Virus record (IMG/VR): IMGVR_UViG_3300037761_000240
Location: 1-54,359 of that record
Strand: one strand, 5' to 3'
Source: a virus
Taxonomy: Duplodnaviria > Caudoviricetes
Length of the DNA: 54,359 nt
The translations under genes were made by a program, and so were the position numbers. The stretch's first letter is position 1. The number at the start of each line of letters is the position of its first letter. This document shows, in pieces, positions 8,563-17,947 of the stretch. The notes below the pieces were generated by a model. It was not told the origin of the DNA, did not search any database, and was given only the letters and a program-made list of their open reading frames with translations.

Positions 8563-9207
8563 TCAGTGTCGGAAGTCTTCCGTCTTGATCTTGACCATGA
8601 TCCGCTCTCCGCCCCGGGTGAGCAGCCCGCATTCGGGCACGCCGACGAGACCTTCGACCTGGAAGCTCTCGTGGAGTGCCCAAGATGACGTCATGCCGTC
8701 TCGAACTCTCTCGATCGCGTCAACGAGGGTGGCGTCGACCAGACGCTGTGGCACCGTCTCGATGTTGAAACCGGAGGCCACCTCCTCGATTGAGGGGCGT
8801 CGCAGCCACCACTGCTCGATCAGGACGTCGAACAGGATGAAGTCCACCCCGTCGGCCTTGTACCGCCCGCCGTTCTTCTGGATGCCGGCGCCATAGCCCT
8901 CTCCGAACAGAGTGACCGGGTCCGCTCCGAACTTCTGCTCGAACAGCTCCTCGGGGAACAGCTCGATCAGCCGCTGGACCAGCGTGGCCGGGATCTGGGC
9001 GTTGTCGGTTCGGCCGCCGAAGGCGACTTTGTGGCCGTCCCAGTGCACTCGGATGTTGGTGCCGTCGACCTTCTCGGTGAAGGCCCACGGAACGTCCTGG
9101 AGTATCTCCAGCTCGCGCGAGGACCAGGTGTCCAGGTCGAACCTGTTTCGCCGAGGTCCCTCGGTGAAGCGCTTGAACGGGCTGGGGATCTTGGGGTAGG
9201 TCTGCAT
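8563..9207 (-). CDS. small RNA ligase-family nucleotidyltransferase (Rnl2-like)
   Basis: YPKI, TEKVDGTN, FGEGYG, FILFDV, EGLV, KIK motifs. Confidence 0.85.
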   Translation of the reverse strand: MQTYPKIPSPFKRFTEGPRRNRFDLDTWSSRELEILQDVPWAFTEKVDGTNIRVHWDGHKVAFGGRTDNAQIPATLVQRLIELFPEELFEQKFGADPVTLFGEGYGAGIQKNGGRYKADGVDFILFDVLIEQWWLRRPSIEEVASGFNIETVPQRLVDATLVDAIERVRDGMTSSWALHESFQVEGLVGVPECGLLTRGGERIMVKIKTEDFRH

Positions 9208-9243
9208 GAAGCGTCCTCCTGTCGTAGGTCGAATGTCAGAGAG

Positions 9244-9273
9244 ATCCTCTCAGATCTCAGGTGATGATGTCAA
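9244..9273 (-). promoter_or_regulatory. putative promoter
   Basis: TTGACA-N18-GAGGAT, same class as 11350-11379 and 24029-24058. Confidence 0.5.
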
Positions 9274-9452
9274 TCTGACCCGATCACAATGATGCTGGTG
9301 ATCTTGGCGGTAAAGACGAGTACCAGCCCGGTCACACAAACGACCATCCACCTGTTGCCATCAGTGCCGAGTGCCTTGACCAGGCCGACGATGGCCGTCA
9401 GACCACCCACGATCAGAGTGACGATCAGAACGGTGGCCAGGTCGTGACTCAC
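9270..9452 (-). CDS. small membrane protein
   Basis: two hydrophobic segments. Confidence 0.6.
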   Translation of the reverse strand: MSHDLATVLIVTLIVGGLTAIVGLVKALGTDGNRWMVVCVTGLVLVFTAKITSIIVIGSD

Positions 9453-10909
9453 CAGTCGTCATCGGGCAGCTCGGCCGGCTCTTCGGCAGTTTCCTCAGCG
9501 GCCGAAGGCAGTCCGTGCTTCTCGCGATCGACGTCCTCCAGCTCGGCCTTGCGCGCTGCGGCGGCCTTCGTGTGCCGTTCGTTCCAGGTGCCGGCCGCCA
9601 TGCCCCGGCGGTAGTAGTCCTGCAACTCCGGGTACGACTCGGCCAGGAAGATCTGAGCCATCCACGGATCCTTGCTCACCTCGTCCTCGGCGAAGGCGTC
9701 GGCTTCCGCCTTGGCAGCGTGCTCCTCGTCTTCCGGCCACTCTTCGGCCTTCTTGATCGCTGCAATGTCGGCGGCGGCCTTCTGGCCGATCTTGGCCGGG
9801 CTCATGAGCATCTCGATGTGCTCCTTGGCCTCGCGCTTCAGTCGGAACCGCACCGGCTCGCCGGAATCGGTGTCGGGCACCAGTTGACCGGTCAGGACGG
9901 ACCGGACGACCCAGTCCTTGCCGTCCTTCTCGGGGGTGAACCGAACGCCGGTCTTCGCAGCCTTGTCGGCGGCGTTGCCGGCGATCACCGACTCGGCGAT
10001 CTCGGCCGACTTGGACTTCGGATCGGACCAGTCCTCGTCGTCGACAGGAGCAACGGCCTCGATCGGAGGGGAGACCAGCTTGGCGTAGTCCTTGCGCTTG
10101 CGGAACTCGCGGATCGGGCCGATGTGCTGGGCCACGGTGGCACCGAGGCTCAGGTCGACCTCCCAGAGCGCGGCGGTCTTGGCGTTCACCGGCAGGTGGA
10201 TCACGTTGCCGACGTCCTGGTCGACCTTCGGCATCTCGTGCAGCGTCTGAGTTGCCACGTCGTACCAGTGCGTCGCGCGGGAGTAGAGGAAGAGCTGGAC
10301 GGCGATCTCCATCCAGCCGTAGCTCAGGTCCTTGCCGGTCTTCAGGTCGACCACGCGCAGATGGGTCACCTGCGGCAGCCGGCCGAGGCGGTCCAGTGTG
10401 CCGGCCACACCGAACTCGGGCACCAGGACCACGGTCTCGATGAACTGAGGGTCGATGACCAGGCTGTGGTCGGCCAGGCACTTGGTGTAGAGGGAGACGT
10501 TCTCCGTCCAGGGCTCGGGGACGACCGGAGACTCGCCACGGTCCTGCTGCTCGGTGAAGGCGTGCAGCGCCGTCCCGATCGCAGACGCCGACGACCCACC
10601 GGCCGCTTCCTTGGCCTGCTCGGCAATGCGGTTCAGCGTGGCTTTGTCATCGGGATGGGTGGACGCCGCGAGCGCGTACAGGTCCGGTCGCATCGACATG
10701 CCCTTGGCGACCATTCGGTTCTGCCACTGGGCCAGGGCGAAGGTGTCCGAGGCGGACTTGGCGAACGTGGTCGCCCGGGTCCACGCCTGGAGCTTGCCTC
10801 CCTCCGGGTGGGGCAGCAGATAGCGGCCCCACTGGTCCCGCTTGACCTCGGGAGGAGGTTCGCCGGGGACGTGTTCGGTCGCGAGCGGATCCGACTTCTC
10901 GTTGGTCAT
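9449..10909 (-). CDS. PD-(D/E)xK (RecB/Cas4-like) exonuclease
   Basis: GTALH, AGTLDR, VVDLKTG, QLFLY motifs. Confidence 0.85.
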   Translation of the reverse strand: MTNEKSDPLATEHVPGEPPPEVKRDQWGRYLLPHPEGGKLQAWTRATTFAKSASDTFALAQWQNRMVAKGMSMRPDLYALAASTHPDDKATLNRIAEQAKEAAGGSSASAIGTALHAFTEQQDRGESPVVPEPWTENVSLYTKCLADHSLVIDPQFIETVVLVPEFGVAGTLDRLGRLPQVTHLRVVDLKTGKDLSYGWMEIAVQLFLYSRATHWYDVATQTLHEMPKVDQDVGNVIHLPVNAKTAALWEVDLSLGATVAQHIGPIREFRKRKDYAKLVSPPIEAVAPVDDEDWSDPKSKSAEIAESVIAGNAADKAAKTGVRFTPEKDGKDWVVRSVLTGQLVPDTDSGEPVRFRLKREAKEHIEMLMSPAKIGQKAAADIAAIKKAEEWPEDEEHAAKAEADAFAEDEVSKDPWMAQIFLAESYPELQDYYRRGMAAGTWNERHTKAAAARKAELEDVDREKHGLPSAAEETAEEPAELPDDDW

Positions 10910-10927
10910 GGAGTCTCTTCCTGGTCC

Positions 10928-11323
10928 TTACAGCGGAGTGATGGGGAACATCGGCTCGTCGGCCGTCGGGGTCTGACGACCGACCCACCGAGGAGTCTTC
11001 CGGTCGACGGTGACAGGGCCGCCGTCGAACGGGTTGATGACGGTCTTGGTCGGCGGCGGCGGGTGCTCCTGCTGTTCGGCAGCCTCCTCGGCACGCTGCA
11101 CCGCATCGAAGTACTCCTGCCAGTCCTCGATCAGGGTTGTGCTGCCGTCCAAGTGCTGGATCCCGACCGGGTCGCCGCTTCCCTCTCGATCGAGGACGAC
11201 GGCGAAGTCGGCTGCCTCGGACTCGGTCTCGAACAGGCCGACTTTCACGGCTCCAGGCAATGCCGGTGAGCCATCCACCTCGTAGAACAGGGCACACGTC
11301 GCCTTGGACATCCCTCTGCTCAT
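10928..11323 (-). CDS. hypothetical protein
   Basis: ORF with GGGAG RBS downstream of a promoter-like site. Confidence 0.6.
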   Translation of the reverse strand: MSRGMSKATCALFYEVDGSPALPGAVKVGLFETESEAADFAVVLDREGSGDPVGIQHLDGSTTLIEDWQEYFDAVQRAEEAAEQQEHPPPPTKTVINPFDGGPVTVDRKTPRWVGRQTPTADEPMFPITPL

Positions 11324-11349
11324 GATGCTCCCGTTCGTCGTCGGACCAG

Positions 11350-11379
11350 ATCGTCTCACATCTGTGCGACAGTTGTCAG
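11350..11379 (-). promoter_or_regulatory. putative promoter
   Basis: CTGACA-N18-GACGAT. Confidence 0.45.
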
Positions 11380-12995
11380 TCCTTCACCCACTTGTCGAGT
11401 GCGTTGGACGCCAGGTGGATCGAGATCGCGTCGCTGAGCTGGGCCTTGCTCCACTCCGGGTCGACTTCCAGGCCGATGAGCTTGGCCATATCGAGCTGCT
11501 TGTCGGACGGCTTGCTCCTCTTCCGACGCCAGTTCGCGTTCCGGGACCCGATCGAGAAGGAGCCCGTGGCGTCCTCAGCGTCCGCGTAGGAGGCCGCCCA
11601 GGCCATCCCGTAGCTCAGGTCCACCCCGGCGTGAAGTCGAGCGTAGCCGCCCGTTCGGGTCCGCTGAACCACCCTGTACGTCTGGTCCGGGTCCGGGTAG
11701 AGGAAGTAGATCGAGCTGGCGGTCGGAATGAACCACAGCCCCTTGCGGGTCTGGAGCCAGGCCGAGGTCGACCCGGAGAACAGGTCGATCTCGGTCGAGG
11801 TCATCGTGCCCGAGGCGCCCTTGCGCTCGTCGCGCTCGTCGGCGCGCTCGACCAGGGACAGGATCGACTCGCCGTCCTTGGGCTCGACCGGCTTGTCCCG
11901 GGTGCGTACCGACAGGTCGGACAGGTTGGCCAGCCGGTGGCGGGTCGAGGCGCCGACGACATCGAGCACGAGCGCGTCGGTCTTGCCCGGGTGGGGCCGC
12001 AGGATCCGGCCGACCTGCTGGACGTAGAGCGGGGCCGAGGTGGTCGCTCGTGCGATCACCGCACAGGACACGTGTGGAGCGTCGTAGCCCTCGGTCAGGA
12101 CCATGGCGTTGCACAGCACCTGGATCTCGCCGGCCGCAAACAGCTTCAGTACCAGCCGACGGTCCTCCAGCGGCATGGCGCCCCATACGGTTTCGGCCGT
12201 TATGCCTGCTTCGTCCAGGTCAATGGCCATCTGGTGGGCCGAGGCCACCGTCGGGGCGAACAGGATCCCGGCGCGGTCGGCGGCGTGCTCGACGTACGCG
12301 CGGGCGATCACCTGCCCGGCGCCGGCATCCTCCAGTGCGTCCCCGAGGGCGGCCTCGGCGAAGTCACCGTGGGTCATCCGTACGCCGGACAGGTCGAGCC
12401 CGTCGACCTCGATCTTGCGACCCTTCACCGGGACCAGGTAGCCGTCGATGATCAGCTCGACGATGTCCTTGGAGTAGGAGACCTTCTCGATCGTCTCGCC
12501 GAGACGCCGGGTGTCGGCCCGGGCCATGGTCGCGGTGAACCCGGCCATCCTGGTGCCCTGGCCGAAGCAGCCGAGCACGCGCAGGACGTTCTGGTAGCTG
12601 TCGGCGGCCACGTGGTGAACCTCGTCCACGATGACCAGACCGATGTCACGCAGCCGCTGGACCCGGTGCGGACGGGCCAGGGTCTGTACCGAGGCCACGA
12701 TCACATCGGCGTCGACCTCGTCCCGTTCGGCCTTGACCACCCCGGTCGACAGGTGCGGCGCGATCTGGGTCAGCTTGTCGACGGCCTGGTTGACCAGCTC
12801 GTCGCGATGCACGAGCACGAGGGAGCGTTTGTGATCCGGCGATTCGTGCTGCTTTGCGATGAGGTGGGCGAATATGACCGTCTTGCCCGACCCGGTAGCC
12901 ATGACCACGCCGAGACGGACGTAGTCCTCGCGCCAGTCGGCCTCCAGCGCAGCGATGGCCTCGCGTTGGTAGTCACGCAAACTAAGGATTTCCAT
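11376..12995 (-). CDS. SF2 DEAD/DEAH-box helicase
   Basis: LRDYQ, ATGSGKT, DEVHH, TAT, LTEGYD, QQVGRILR. Confidence 0.93.
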   Translation of the reverse strand: MEILSLRDYQREAIAALEADWREDYVRLGVVMATGSGKTVIFAHLIAKQHESPDHKRSLVLVHRDELVNQAVDKLTQIAPHLSTGVVKAERDEVDADVIVASVQTLARPHRVQRLRDIGLVIVDEVHHVAADSYQNVLRVLGCFGQGTRMAGFTATMARADTRRLGETIEKVSYSKDIVELIIDGYLVPVKGRKIEVDGLDLSGVRMTHGDFAEAALGDALEDAGAGQVIARAYVEHAADRAGILFAPTVASAHQMAIDLDEAGITAETVWGAMPLEDRRLVLKLFAAGEIQVLCNAMVLTEGYDAPHVSCAVIARATTSAPLYVQQVGRILRPHPGKTDALVLDVVGASTRHRLANLSDLSVRTRDKPVEPKDGESILSLVERADERDERKGASGTMTSTEIDLFSGSTSAWLQTRKGLWFIPTASSIYFLYPDPDQTYRVVQRTRTGGYARLHAGVDLSYGMAWAASYADAEDATGSFSIGSRNANWRRKRSKPSDKQLDMAKLIGLEVDPEWSKAQLSDAISIHLASNALDKWVKD

Positions 12996-13729
12996 CACAC
13001 CTGATCCTGAACTGCACCGTTGTTTGTCCACAATGCCTCACGGCTGATCTTTGACCTGCCGTGACCGGCCGTGGCCTTGGCATTCATGAATGGCTGAAAT
13101 GGCAGCCACCCTGCTCCGACATTCTCACAAACCATGACCTGACCAAGTCTGGATTGGCACCATGAAGCCAGCCGAGTGTAATCAATCCCACTCGTTCCGT
13201 TTGTATATCGGCTACCGGCCGGACCTAGGTAAGGTGGATCGATGAACCAGGTCGCGGCTACATCCGGAAGTGTGTCATAAGAGGCTTGAATGACTCGCCA
13301 ATGGCGAATATGTTCGACCTGTGAAGCGAGACGCTGTCGAACTCCCTCTCCCCAGAAAGTGTTCAGTCGACCAGGCAACGGATTCCGCGCCCACTTAGCA
13401 GGTTTGTACTCTGGCCGTGTCGTTCCCTTGTTCAGCCACCATCCGATCAGCCACTGCGCCTCCTGAGGAATCTTCGTCTCACGTACGTCATCGAAGTGCA
13501 ACGGTAAGCGCGAGATCTCTGTCGAAGATGCTGAAATAAGGTATTGCCAAGTTCCGATGATCTTCTCATCTAGGTCGACCAGCAGAACAGCGTGCCTATG
13601 GTGCCGAACAGAATAACCTGCCGATCCGGCAAAGGGTTCGATGATCAGTTGATTATCCGGCCGAGGGTACCGTGGCGCAGCCCGCCACTTGCCCCCGTAG
13701 AAACTGAAGAACGGTAGCAGATCGCTCAT
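12995..13729 (-). CDS. DNA adenine methyltransferase (Dam/D12-like)
   Basis: YGGK, EPFAGSA and DPPY motifs; visibly lower GC than the flanks. Confidence 0.85.
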   Translation of the reverse strand: MSDLLPFFSFYGGKWRAAPRYPRPDNQLIIEPFAGSAGYSVRHHRHAVLLVDLDEKIIGTWQYLISASSTEISRLPLHFDDVRETKIPQEAQWLIGWWLNKGTTRPEYKPAKWARNPLPGRLNTFWGEGVRQRLASQVEHIRHWRVIQASYDTLPDVAATWFIDPPYLGPAGSRYTNGTSGIDYTRLASWCQSRLGQVMVCENVGAGWLPFQPFMNAKATAGHGRSKISREALWTNNGAVQDQV

Positions 13730-13905
13730 GGTTCGTCTGTCGGAGTGTGGACAGGGCAGCCTTCGGTGATCCACCAGGCTTCGGGCAAGTCCTGGTCCGG
13801 AACGGCCGGATAGGGCGGGAACCTGCCGTGGTTGTTGTCGAGCACGGCACAGATGCAGCCGAGGTCGAAGGCGGCATCGCTGCCGGGGTTCGGTTTGTCG
13901 CTCAC
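13726..13905 (-). CDS. small Cys/His protein
   Basis: NPGSDAA..GCIC..DNNHG...CPVH; coupled starts/stops. Confidence 0.6.
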   Translation of the reverse strand: MSDKPNPGSDAAFDLGCICAVLDNNHGRFPPYPAVPDQDLPEAWWITEGCPVHTPTDEP

Positions 13906-14060
13906 CGGTCGGCTCCTGCCTCGGGCAGTCGACTCATGTACCGGAACGCCGGCCCGCCCGACTGAGCGTAGATCCCGGCGTCGCCCATCCGCTGGCTGCA
14001 CTCGCGACAGTAGCGATGCCACCAGCGGACCGGGAGCCCGCACCACCGACAGACCCTCAC
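13902..14060 (-). CDS. small zinc-ribbon protein
   Basis: CRWC...CREC; fills the gap with GTGA overlaps at both ends. Confidence 0.5.
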   Translation of the reverse strand: MRVCRWCGLPVRWWHRYCRECSQRMGDAGIYAQSGGPAFRYMSRLPEAGADR

Positions 14061-14554
14061 GGTTCATACTCCCTCAGCCAGCGCTCGAACGCCGGGTTGC
14101 ACAGCACCTGCTTGGCACGTCGCTCGCGCAGTAGGCCGATGGCCTCGTCGGCGGTGGCGACCTTGGAGATCACCAGTGCGAGCCCGGCCACCAGGGCGGA
14201 CCGGTTGAGCCCGGCCTGACAGTGCACCAGCGTCTTGCCCTTGCTCGTGCACTGAATGACGAAGTCGGCCAGCGCCTCCATCTCGTCACGCTTGGGCACT
14301 TGTTCACCGTCGTTCATCGCGTAGGTGAACCACTTGGTGCTCGGGCCCAGTTTGTAGCGCTGCCACGGGTAGAGCGAGAGCACGTAGACGTAGTCGTCGG
14401 ACAACCGGACACCGTCGATGCAGCCGCCTGTCCACAGGTTGCCCACAATGTGGGAAACCAGCGGCACGCTGAAGTGGACGTAGTCGCCGGTCACGGCGTA
14501 GCCCTCGATGTGGTGGCTGTCGAAGTCGGCGGTCAGGTCGTCGGCGTTGGTCAC
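14057..14554 (-). CDS. dual-specificity protein phosphatase
   Basis: VHCQAGLNRS CX5R signature. Confidence 0.88.
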   Translation of the reverse strand: MTNADDLTADFDSHHIEGYAVTGDYVHFSVPLVSHIVGNLWTGGCIDGVRLSDDYVYVLSLYPWQRYKLGPSTKWFTYAMNDGEQVPKRDEMEALADFVIQCTSKGKTLVHCQAGLNRSALVAGLALVISKVATADEAIGLLRERRAKQVLCNPAFERWLREYEP

Positions 14555-14799
14555 GGTTCCACCGGACTGCCGTCTCGATGTCGGACCGAGATCCGCTTGG
14601 CCATGGCCATGTCCTTGATCGAGTAGTGGGTCACAAGATCTTCGATGAGGACTTCGGCATGGTCGGGGATGCCCTCGGCCCTGGCCACCAACTTGCGCAG
14701 GTCGCCGAGCTGCACCCCGTAACGATCCGGGTTCCAGATCGTGACGTACTGCTCGGTGGTGATGCTTCGATTCGCCTGGGTCTCCTTCAGGTCGGTCAC
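14551..14799 (-). CDS. hypothetical protein
   Basis: coupled ORF. Confidence 0.6.
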   Translation of the reverse strand: MTDLKETQANRSITTEQYVTIWNPDRYGVQLGDLRKLVARAEGIPDHAEVLIEDLVTHYSIKDMAMAKRISVRHRDGSPVEP

Positions 14800-15293
14800 C
14801 AGTCACCCTCCACTTCTTCCGCCTTCAGAGCTTCGTACGTCTCTTCCTCGTCGATCCGAGCCTCGACCAGTTCCTCGCGAACCTGCATGAGGATCTCGCC
14901 GAGCCGGTTCTGGCCTCTGCCGGTGCGCAGACTGGCGCCCCAGTACTGGTCGCCCCAGGTGTTACCCTCCTGAAGCTCGGCCGGCCAGGTGTTCATCAGC
15001 CAGTCAGCCAGCTTCGAGCCCGGGGCGAACTTGGCCCGGACCAGATCGAGCATCACGCTGTCCTTGACCTGCTCCCAATCTTCCCGCAGAGCGACTTGGT
15101 TCCCTCGACGCTTGGCCTGATGCGGCGTTCGAGCGCTGAGAACCCACCGTCGCTGTGCTGGATCAGTGGCCTTGGCGGCCTGGAACCGGTGCTCGACGGT
15201 GAACCCGTCGTCCTCGACGTAGAAGTTGGACAGGTACCGGTAAGCACCGTCGAAGGCAGCAATCAGGCTGTCGGCGTCGTACCCCATCGTCAT
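14796..15293 (-). CDS. NADAR family protein
   Basis: YLSNFY, TVEHRFQAAK, W..VKD.VM..L.RAKF, EGNTWGDQYWG, G.N.LG.ILM.VR. Confidence 0.9.
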   Translation of the reverse strand: MTMGYDADSLIAAFDGAYRYLSNFYVEDDGFTVEHRFQAAKATDPAQRRWVLSARTPHQAKRRGNQVALREDWEQVKDSVMLDLVRAKFAPGSKLADWLMNTWPAELQEGNTWGDQYWGASLRTGRGQNRLGEILMQVREELVEARIDEEETYEALKAEEVEGDW

Positions 15294-15580
15294 CCCTCCA
15301 GCTCTGGCACGTAGGACGAGTGCGGGCCGACGTACCGCACGCACGCGCACGGCCTGGTCTCCCACTTGCTGGGATCCCCGTACGTGTCCCACTTGATCTC
15401 TGCCTCGACAAGTGCTCGGCAGCCATCCTTGTCGTGCATGGAAGCCGGGTGCTCACACTGGCAGATTTCCTTCGGCGGGCGCGGTGGACGTTTGTTCCTC
15501 CAGCCAGTCAGAAGGCCAGTCAGGTAGCCGGCTGTCAGGATGCCGGCACCTGTGAGCAGGTCGACCCAGTCCATCGTCAT
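15290..15580 (-). CDS. membrane-anchored Cys/His protein
   Basis: N-terminal TM, CQCEH...H...C...CAC. Confidence 0.6.
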   Translation of the reverse strand: MTMDWVDLLTGAGILTAGYLTGLLTGWRNKRPPRPPKEICQCEHPASMHDKDGCRALVEAEIKWDTYGDPSKWETRPCACVRYVGPHSSYVPELEG

Positions 15581-15810
15581 CCTTCTTTGTGACTGGAGCA
15601 GGTCTCGGGGACTGTCCGCCAGTCCTCCGCTCTGGCCTGAACCGATGCGAGAACCTCCCGAGACGTCTTCTGGGTCCCGTCCGGGTTCTTGTTGAACGGG
15701 TTGATCGTCTCCTGGAAGGTCCGCTGACGTCGCAGTAGCTTGCCGCACACAGGGCAGGGCAGCTTCTTGACAGCCGTGACTCGGACCGGCTCGTAGTGGT
15801 ATCGGATCAT
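15577..15810 (-). CDS. zinc-ribbon protein
   Basis: CPVCGK...TFQETINPFNKN. Confidence 0.6.
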   Translation of the reverse strand: MIRYHYEPVRVTAVKKLPCPVCGKLLRRQRTFQETINPFNKNPDGTQKTSREVLASVQARAEDWRTVPETCSSHKEG

Positions 15811-15826
15811 GTCGAATCTTCCATCG

Positions 15827-16336
15827 TCATCTCCTTGGGAACCCGTCCGGCCAGTTCCTGATCTTGTCCAGTGTGAGTAGGTGCGTCTTCGGCAGTTGCA
15901 TCCAACGCTCGTCACCAGCAGCCCACAGGGCGATCTGCCAGGCCCACCAGGCGTCGACCTGGTTGTCGTCGCGGACGTCCAGCTCCGCCCGGCGGAACAG
16001 TGCCATCCGCATGTCGGGCTTGCTGGCTCCTCCGTTGCCGGTGGCGTACTTCTTCAGCGAGGACGCCACCACGGTGACATAGGGCACGCCGCAGTGGATC
16101 AGGGCCAGCCGGACGACGCCCTGGGCCATCCCGGTCAGCCCGGCGCCGTGGGCGTGCTTGGGCAGGTCCTCCATGACCGCCAGGTCACAGCCGCCGGCCA
16201 CCAGGACGACCCCGGTGTAGATCTTGGCCAGCCGGTTCGGGTCGTCGGTCTCGGTGTGCACGGTCGACAGCTCCCCGTCGGGACCGGCCAGACCGGTGGC
16301 TGACAGCGAGGGGTCGATCCCGCAGACCTTCGTCAT
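15827..16336 (-). CDS. RuvC-like Holliday junction resolvase
   Basis: GIDPSL..TG, VMED, LKKYATGNG.ASK, DDNQVDA. Confidence 0.88.
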   Translation of the reverse strand: MTKVCGIDPSLSATGLAGPDGELSTVHTETDDPNRLAKIYTGVVLVAGGCDLAVMEDLPKHAHGAGLTGMAQGVVRLALIHCGVPYVTVVASSLKKYATGNGGASKPDMRMALFRRAELDVRDDNQVDAWWAWQIALWAAGDERWMQLPKTHLLTLDKIRNWPDGFPRR

Positions 16337-16445
16337 CGACCCGGTTTCCTCGGTGGTGGCTTGGGCCTCGGCATCGGCCGGGGCTGTCCTGGCCACGGTC
16401 CCGGGCCAGCCGGAACCGGCCGAGGGCCGGCAGGATCTCCGATCA

Positions 16446-16697
16446 TCATGACGACCCCAGCATGGCTTTTCGGAGTCGTTCCATTCGCTCGTCCCCGGTG
16501 GATCCGATCACGACACCGACCTCCTGGTCAGTCGATAGAGCGTCGAGGCTCCACTCGAAGTCCCAACCGTCTGGCATCTTCCAGATGACCAACTGCAAGG
16601 ACGGGAAGATGGGATGCTGGGTCCTCGTAATGAACACAGCGGACTGGCCCCCCAGGACCACCAGGTCGCCGGGCAACAGATCCATCACTCTAGTCAC
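16446..16697 (-). CDS. hypothetical protein
   Basis: coupled ORF. Confidence 0.55.
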   Translation of the reverse strand: MTRVMDLLPGDLVVLGGQSAVFITRTQHPIFPSLQLVIWKMPDGWDFEWSLDALSTDQEVGVVIGSTGDERMERLRKAMLGSS

Positions 16698-16885
16698 GAT
16701 GCACTCGGGCCTTCTGCCGCGCGAGCGGCGTTCCACAGCGACCGGGCGAGTCTGCGAGCCAGTTTCGGCGGCATGTCAGCGATGACCTCGGCGTTGCCGG
16801 CCAGCCTGAGTCGGACGTAATCCTCGACGTCGAACACCGAGACCTTGGTCGCTGTCGGCCGTCGAGCGTCGTAGTAATCGATCAC
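16694..16885 (-). CDS. hypothetical protein
   Basis: coupled ORF (GTG start). Confidence 0.5.
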   Translation of the reverse strand: MIDYYDARRPTATKVSVFDVEDYVRLRLAGNAEVIADMPPKLARRLARSLWNAARAAEGPSAS

Positions 16886-17145
16886 GGTGTCGGCACTTCT
16901 TCGCAGATCTTCCTGCCGGCAGCGGTCAAGGCGGACAGCATGTCGGACATGATGATCACCTGGTCCGCCGGATGCTTGCTGATCAGATCCGGATGGTTGG
17001 CCTTCGCCGCCGCCCTGACGACCTCGTTGTCGACCAGCAGCTCCGGAATCAGCAGGAGGATGGCCAGGGTCTCGTCCACGTGTGTCTTGCAGACGTCGGG
17101 GAACCCTCCGCACAGCAGCTTGGCAATCGTCTGGGCCGGAGTCAT
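16882..17145 (-). CDS. hypothetical protein
   Basis: coupled ORF. Confidence 0.55.
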   Translation of the reverse strand: MTPAQTIAKLLCGGFPDVCKTHVDETLAILLLIPELLVDNEVVRAAAKANHPDLISKHPADQVIIMSDMLSALTAAGRKICEEVPTP

Positions 17146-17363
17146 CTACGTCTCGGCGGTGGCTGAGGTTTCGGTGGCGGCGGAGGGTTCTTCGGCGGAC
17201 GGATGAGTGTCGGGTCATCCATTTCGGGCCTCCCTCAGGATTTCTGTGCCCATCTCCAGGACCGCTGAGGCCATCTTCGGGCACGACAGGATGTACCGAC
17301 GGTCGCAACGGCAGCCGGTCGCGTCGTGGCGCCGGGTGGCCTCGGCGACTATTTCTTCTCGGG

Positions 17364-17720
17364 TCATCGAGGCTTCACCTTCTTCGCTCCCTTCACCACA
17401 AGAGCGATCTTGGCCTCTTCCTGCTCGATGTGCTTGTTCAGTCTGGCCCGTAGCTGTTCGGCCAGGTCGAGACGGGCGGCTTCTGGGATGTCGTCGACCT
17501 CGATCGACATGTCGACTTCCTGCCCCGACGCGTACGGCACGCCGGAGGTGGTCAGTCGAGGGCCGGAAAGGTAGTAGTCCGGCTTTCCGCTGTACCAACC
17601 GAAGTCGACCACCCAGAACTCCGGACGGAACGCCTTCGGGATCCGGCTGAACTCAGCGGTCGCCGTCAGTGCCCGAGTCGGCACCTCGACCGTCGAGATC
17701 ACTGCACTAGACGTTCGCAT
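17364..17720 (-). CDS. hypothetical protein
   Basis: coupled ORF with RBS. Confidence 0.65.
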   Translation of the reverse strand: MRTSSAVISTVEVPTRALTATAEFSRIPKAFRPEFWVVDFGWYSGKPDYYLSGPRLTTSGVPYASGQEVDMSIEVDDIPEAARLDLAEQLRARLNKHIEQEEAKIALVVKGAKKVKPR

Positions 17721-17947
17721 CAGGTGTCCTTCCCGTCCAGGGTCTTGCGCAGGTACCGCTCGAAGTCCTCAACGTTCTTCCAACCGAAACCTGCATCCGC
17801 CATCAGCTCGCGGGCGGGATCGTCGGCCGTACCCAATGGCATGCTCATCGACACCGGCACCTGGAGCCCGGCAAGGAGCTGAGCCAGTCGGGCGATCAGT
17901 TTGTCGCGGTTCACGATTCGTCCTCTCCGATCCGGGGCATCAGTCAC
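17720..17947 (-). CDS. hypothetical protein
   Basis: coupled ORF. Confidence 0.55.
   Translation of the reverse strand: MTDAPDRRGRIVNRDKLIARLAQLLAGLQVPVSMSMPLGTADDPARELMADAGFGWKNVEDFERYLRKTLDGKDT

Noticed and set aside
9449-10909. Cas4 as evidence of a CRISPR system
   Set aside because: Stand-alone phage PD-(D/E)xK exonuclease in a recombination context, lacking the Cas4 Fe-S cysteine set and any other cas genes.
9515-13004. 584-aa and 566-aa plus-strand ORFs
   Set aside because: Antisense shadows of the exonuclease and helicase; no motifs.
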